Source of the DNA: Catajapyx aquilonaris
Lineage: Eukaryota
Direction: 5' to 3'
Length of the DNA stretch: 40,969 nt
Assembly: GCA_000934665.2 (NCBI GenBank)
Contig: JYFJ02003482.1
Coordinates: forward strand, 1 to 40,969
Part shown: in pieces, positions 36,329-40,969 of the stretch
Layout: each line of letters begins with the position of its first letter
Position numbering within the stretch: the first letter of the stretch is position 1
Notes under the pieces: model-generated
What the model saw: the letters and a program-made list of their open reading frames with translations, nothing else
Told to the model about the DNA's origin: nothing
Database searches by the model: none
Program-made: the position numbers and the translations under genes

Positions 36329-36341
36329 GGGTCAGAGGTCA
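36329..36341 (+). promoter_or_regulatory. Nuclear-receptor DR1 element GGGTCA-G-AGGTCA about 2.3 kb upstream of the ATG
   Basis: Exact RGGTCA-N-AGGTCA match. Motif match only. Confidence 0.35.
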
Positions 36342-38541
36342 ACCGCACAAGCTATTTCCGGCTAAGAATAAATTTCGAGCGTGCCACTGGGTTATGTAAG
36401 AAGTTCATAAAACCTGGGTGCGCACATGCTTGGAGAAAAAAGTGAGGCATGTTATTGCCAAGGACTTACATGATGCATAGCAGGGCGGAGTTGCAATGTG
36501 CCAGACTATATTATTATTCATAAAACTAGCTAATATCCGCTTGCAAAAATCTTATCTATAATTGTATTTCGGATGTTTATTACACGTGTCCATATGCAAT
36601 TTCTGTAAAATTATGTAACACCAATGCTGAATTTTTGCAGGGTCCGTCAGTACACAATTTACAATTAGATGACTTTAACCGCATGGCTCCCCTTGCTGCC
36701 TCCCCATGAATCAAACCCATAAAGGGTCAAAAACTGGAACACCGCATTCACAGTGGCCACAATAATGGCTCTCTAATTCCACACAACTCCAAAGTGGGGA
36801 GGGTACAAAATGTCCGGACTTGGGTGGCAGATGCCCATCATGAATAGAATGACCTCTTGGGCAGGCAAGCACGCAGGAAAGGAAAAAAGAAAAGAAATAA
36901 CAAGTAGAGAGTTGGAAGGGGGAATGTGTTTAGTTGGGGGGTGGGGTGTCCCCCAAGTCATAAAAACCCACCCACCAGGACCACCTTCTTTGTGCTCGAC
37001 TGTCACAATCTCCTTTTGTAAATTCATAAAAAAATATTTGGCGTGAGGAGCAACCGAGGCCTGTCTCTGCAAACATTTCCAGGACAATGAAAGGTTGACA
37101 AAACGAGCTGGATGGGAAGCTGGGGCCCACCCTGCTGGAAGAGAGAGAGACTGGTCCTCATCCCCCTGCTGGCTGCGGTTGGGTAGCAGGGGGAAAGGTC
37201 ACTCGGGTCACAGGGCGCGGTGCAAAGGGACACCCTTCTCCATGACGAATGGCCAGCACAGAGGTCTACTCGCAGTTGCCAAAGTTATGCCACATATTCT
37301 TTCAAAAATTCAAATCTAATGTTAGACCATTTTATTTGTGATTGGTTTTGTCATTTACTACTTTTTCATTACTGGTACAATTTTGTCATAAAATTCATTA
37401 TTATATATGTATTACTTATTACTTGATAGTCTACATATTTATTTCATTAAGTTGTTTGAAATAATAGATATTAATAAGAAGCTTTGTGCGAATGACATCT
37501 CATTAGGCACGTTCTGTTTTTAATTATCGATATATTAAAAATAATTATTCAGAAAATAGCGATGCAGACATGAGGAAAGGACTGTTATTACATTACTTCC
37601 AGGCGTGATTTATGCTGTCGATATGGGAGGTCCAAGCTGATTGACAAGTTCAGACACACGCGTTGTATCAGTCTGGACAGGTAGTATATTTCCACTAAAA
37701 AAACATAAATCAATTTTTAGCGATATTGGACCCGCAGTGATGAAAAATTGGCGGTATTTGCAGTGGGGCGTGGGAAGCAAATGTACCGGAACATTATCTC
37801 ATACCGCCAGCTATATCATGATCACGAATCTAATTAATTTTTCAATTAGGTCTATCAAATAGCAATTTTAAATCCCATCAAAAGGTGACAACCGCAATTC
37901 GAAAACAACCCAGTTCAAATGCATTTAAATCCTGAATTAGTCCAGATATGATAAAGCCATCCCAATAATTATGACGTCATTTCCACATTTTAAAAAAATC
38001 GTAGTGTAATTTTCTACCAAACTATATTTGAACACCTGATATGATAATCTACCAACTGACCATACAAACTGTCTCACCCTTTAATTTGAATATGAACAAT
38101 AGTCAGCAGTAATTATATGCTCATGCTTAGGGCCATATTGATACAACGTCACTCTTCATCAACCCAATAACAATGCACAAATCTGGGGCAACATTTTCGC
38201 AATTACCGCACAAAACCCCCATCGTTTATCCAATATAACTATAGGCGCGACATCACAAAAGTCAACATCTCCGATTGGTATCATGGCAACCCCGGGTTCC
38301 TGAGTCACAAGCCCAGATGTCACCTTGGACAATGGGATGCTCCCCGTCGCAACAATAAGATGAATTCTCTACGGTTGGGTGCCCCGAATGGACCCTAAAG
38401 GAGGGGGTTGCTTGGGTGGTTGGTGGTCTGGTGGCGGCTCCGGGTTTTTGGGTTTGGCCCACTTGGACTACCTACCTGGGAGGTGGCCAAACCCTGAGAT
38501 TTATGATGAGGAATATGATGAGGTGGGTTCCTCTTACTGCA

Positions 38542-38721
38542 CAGGGTGAGTCATAACCGCAGGCTATCCAGTAGCTACTGACCAAAAATGAGCGAAAATG
38601 TAGTGGTCTGAAATGTTGGCGAATCCACCTATTGTGCTTAGGATATGATGAAATTAGGGTTGCGGCGTGTGTCTAAGCCGTTGTGTACATTCCAGATTAG
38701 ATGCAGTTCTGACTCACCCTG
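38542..38721. mobile_element. Tc1/mariner-type MITE, 180 bp
   Basis: TIRs CAGGGTGAGTCA(T/G)AAC(C/T)GCA, 19/21 identical; right flank TA, left flank CA (probably a mutated TA duplication). Confidence 0.75.
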
Positions 38722-39088
38722 TACACTCCCCGCAGACTTCCTCTTATGGCGTCCCAACCACAGCTAAAAAGAAGGACCAGGTGGGCTTTTTGGGGTTGTC
38801 ATAACAAGCGTGCCAAAAAAGCTTGCCTCTATGAATATCCATGTCCATGCACACCAAGCAAGGCTGCTGTGGTGGGAGGGGAAGAGGAGGGGGGGAGAAG
38901 TGGGGGAAGGAGGCGGGGAGGGAGGGTTATAATCCATCCGATGGAGTATCGACTGTCGCCCAAAACTGCGCCCAACTGTTATGAATATCGACTCCACCCA
39001 CGGAGTCTGAAATATTAAGGCGACACAAGATCCGGCCATTGTATTGTTGTGCACGTTTTGTTTTAGATTCAATTTTGCTAACAATGTA

Positions 39089-39671
39089 CGGGGTGAGTCA
39101 AAACACTGGTGCAATTGTACTCCTCAAAAATTAATTTCAAAGTCACACTCCATTATTATGTAAAAAGTCAGTCTGATATGTAGCATACATAGGGACAACC
39201 CCATAAGAAGAGTTGTAATCAAAAGATAGATGGACATACCCCATGTGAAGAAACCTTGTTCAGTACTTGGCAAGTACAGAACACCAACCCAAAATTGCAT
39301 TTATCACCTTGTTGCATAACAAACGGCGGAATTTTGTTGATACCAAAAAAAGTGCCAACAGGATTCTGCTGGAATGTGGTTACACAATCAAAATGATCAA
39401 TCTGGATTCTCTGGTAGCTACTCCAGCACCTGCCAACCACAAGGTTCCATCATCTGAGATGTCGTCCCCAAAAAAGTCTCTGGCATACTGATATCCGCAG
39501 GAAGGAAAATCTCATTTTGCTTTCATGCTCATGACAGCCCTTTCTGCGAAGCATATGAGGAAAATTGCGCAAAAAAAAACACTTTTTAAATGCTGTGTCT
39601 CAGTCCACACCCGGTACTCTCAAAGTCCCGTACATTTCAGGACAACATCAGCGACATTGTGACTCGCCCTG
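39089..39671. mobile_element. Degenerate Tc1/mariner-type non-autonomous element, ~580 bp
   Basis: Left end TA|CGGGGTGAGTCAAAA; right end reverse complement TA|CAGGGCGAGTCACAA (12/15 identical); TA on both flanks. Same terminal motif as the 38542-38721 element. Confidence 0.55.
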
Positions 39672-40442
39672 TATATCCCTGATCGTCCCTCAAAGAATGG
39701 AGGGGAAAAAAAGCATCTAAAGTGTCCCCATGACATTTATTGCAGAGGTTGGGGGAAGGATAAGAGTCGGACTAACAGGCCATGAAAGGATCCATCTCCT
39801 GATGGGTTTCGTGCTTAATCTGTGCCCAGCCCCGGTCATTCCTCGAGCTGTACCCACCCTGCAAAACTGAGACAATCAGAAGAAACGTCAGCTCATGCAG
39901 TAGCACCCTGTAATCGATGCATGATAGGCGTCTGCACGGTGCTAAAGAGCCGCGCCTACTCCTTTTGTACACCTCCCAGGTTTCGTGATACATCAAACAT
40001 GCAGGTATGGGCAATGGCACATGGTTTTGGACTTTGTCTATCTCACGGGCGCATCTGGGTAATTGCAAGGCAACGTGTTTTTCGCACGGCCCCGGACGGC
40101 ATATACGCTGCCCACTTATTCCTGTGGCCCCCGCATTTGCATGGTCGTTATTATGGACACCCCACCACCAACTTGGACATTAGTCTTCTCAATGCCTGCT
40201 GTCAGAGTACTAATTTCCAATTTCTCGTGCCCCCTAATGCATTGGAATAGTGTCGGTTGGGGAGATTATAATTTATAGAAATGAACTATGTCCCACTTCG
40301 GGTCAAGTGGGACAGGAGCTGTAATTATCCAGGCTGTTCTTCAGGAGTAAGTGAAAATTAAAAACGAGTCGATATTGTAGCCCAAGTTGGAGTCCAAACT
40401 GGCTCCATTTTATGCAGGCTTGAATGAAGTGTCGATTTTGCT

Positions 40443-40822
40443 AATTGTCCGCAGTTCTTTGCTTTGTCTATACTCTATAGGGCATGCAAAATATATAAAT
40501 ACAGTAGTTTAGAACAGCCAGGGTTTTTTAACGAAATATAGTTAGATGAGTCTTTATGGAAATTCAAGTTTTGCCCATTTCTTCTCATTTTTTAAAATCT
40601 TAAAATTAATTTTTGGAATAATCAGGGCGACAAATTGTCCGTAGTTCTTTGCTTTGTCTAGCATGTTAAAATGTTGCAAAATAATTATACTGTCCTTTTT
40701 TAGAACAGCCAGTATAAAATGTTAAAACTTTCACGTTATATTAATGGAAATCCAAGTTTCGCCAATTTCTTCCCATTTTTTCCAAATATCAATATTTATT
40801 TCTGGAATACGCAGGGCGACAA
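40443..40822. repeat. Diverged tandem repeat, 2 x ~190 bp
   Basis: Shared blocks AATTGTCCGYAGTTCTTTGCTTTGTCTA, TTTAGAACAGCCAG, ATGGAAATYCAAGTTTYGCC and TGGAATA..CAGGGCGACAAA; units start at 40443 and 40633. Confidence 0.88.
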
Positions 40823-40969
40823 AATATGCAAGTGGTGTTGCCTGATACAGACGCTTATCCATACCGCAATATTAACGGGGCTATTTAGTTTGCATTATGT
40901 CGGCAGACACAAGGAGTTAATTGCATTTCACAATGTGCATGACCCAGTTCTATCTGCATGGAACATCCC

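Noticed and set aside
36481..36720. Possible CAGGGCGGA-type MITE remnant (also the end motif at 21813-21849)
   Set aside because: Matching termini are too degenerate to support without a repeat library.
2090..37776. Su(H)/CSL sites YGTGGGAA at 2090, 18881, 28854 and 37769
   Set aside because: The count is near chance expectation (about 2-3) and they are not paired or clustered.
40443..40822. Repeat-spacer appearance suggestive of CRISPR
   Set aside because: Only two units, several different conserved blocks per unit, no cas genes, and a spliceosomal eukaryotic context.

Overview
Eukaryotic, probably arthropod, genomic DNA; the species cannot be determined from sequence alone. The window holds the 5' part of one minus-strand gene, a Ror-family receptor tyrosine kinase. 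Five coding exons join in frame through canonical GT-AG introns: 34067-33947 (signal peptide), 4552-4405 (acidic and Thr-rich extension), 4331-3913 (Ig I-set domain), 3195-3123 (Pro-rich linker) and 1056-856 (start of the Frizzled-like cysteine-rich domain, CRD). Together they give 962 nt, about 320 codons. The rest of the CRD, kringle, transmembrane and kinase exons lie beyond position 1. Most of the window is a ~29.4 kb first intron plus ~6.8 kb of upstream sequence, carrying small non-autonomous DNA-transposon remnants, two diverged duplications and candidate cis-regulatory motifs. Nearly all ORFs in the supplied track look spurious. I found no CRISPR array, rRNA, tRNA or other prokaryote-type system, and no convincing evidence of a novel biological system. 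The most interesting leads are possible alternative N-termini (including an Ig-less isoform), a uORF abutting the start codon, and four nuclear-receptor DR1-type sites.
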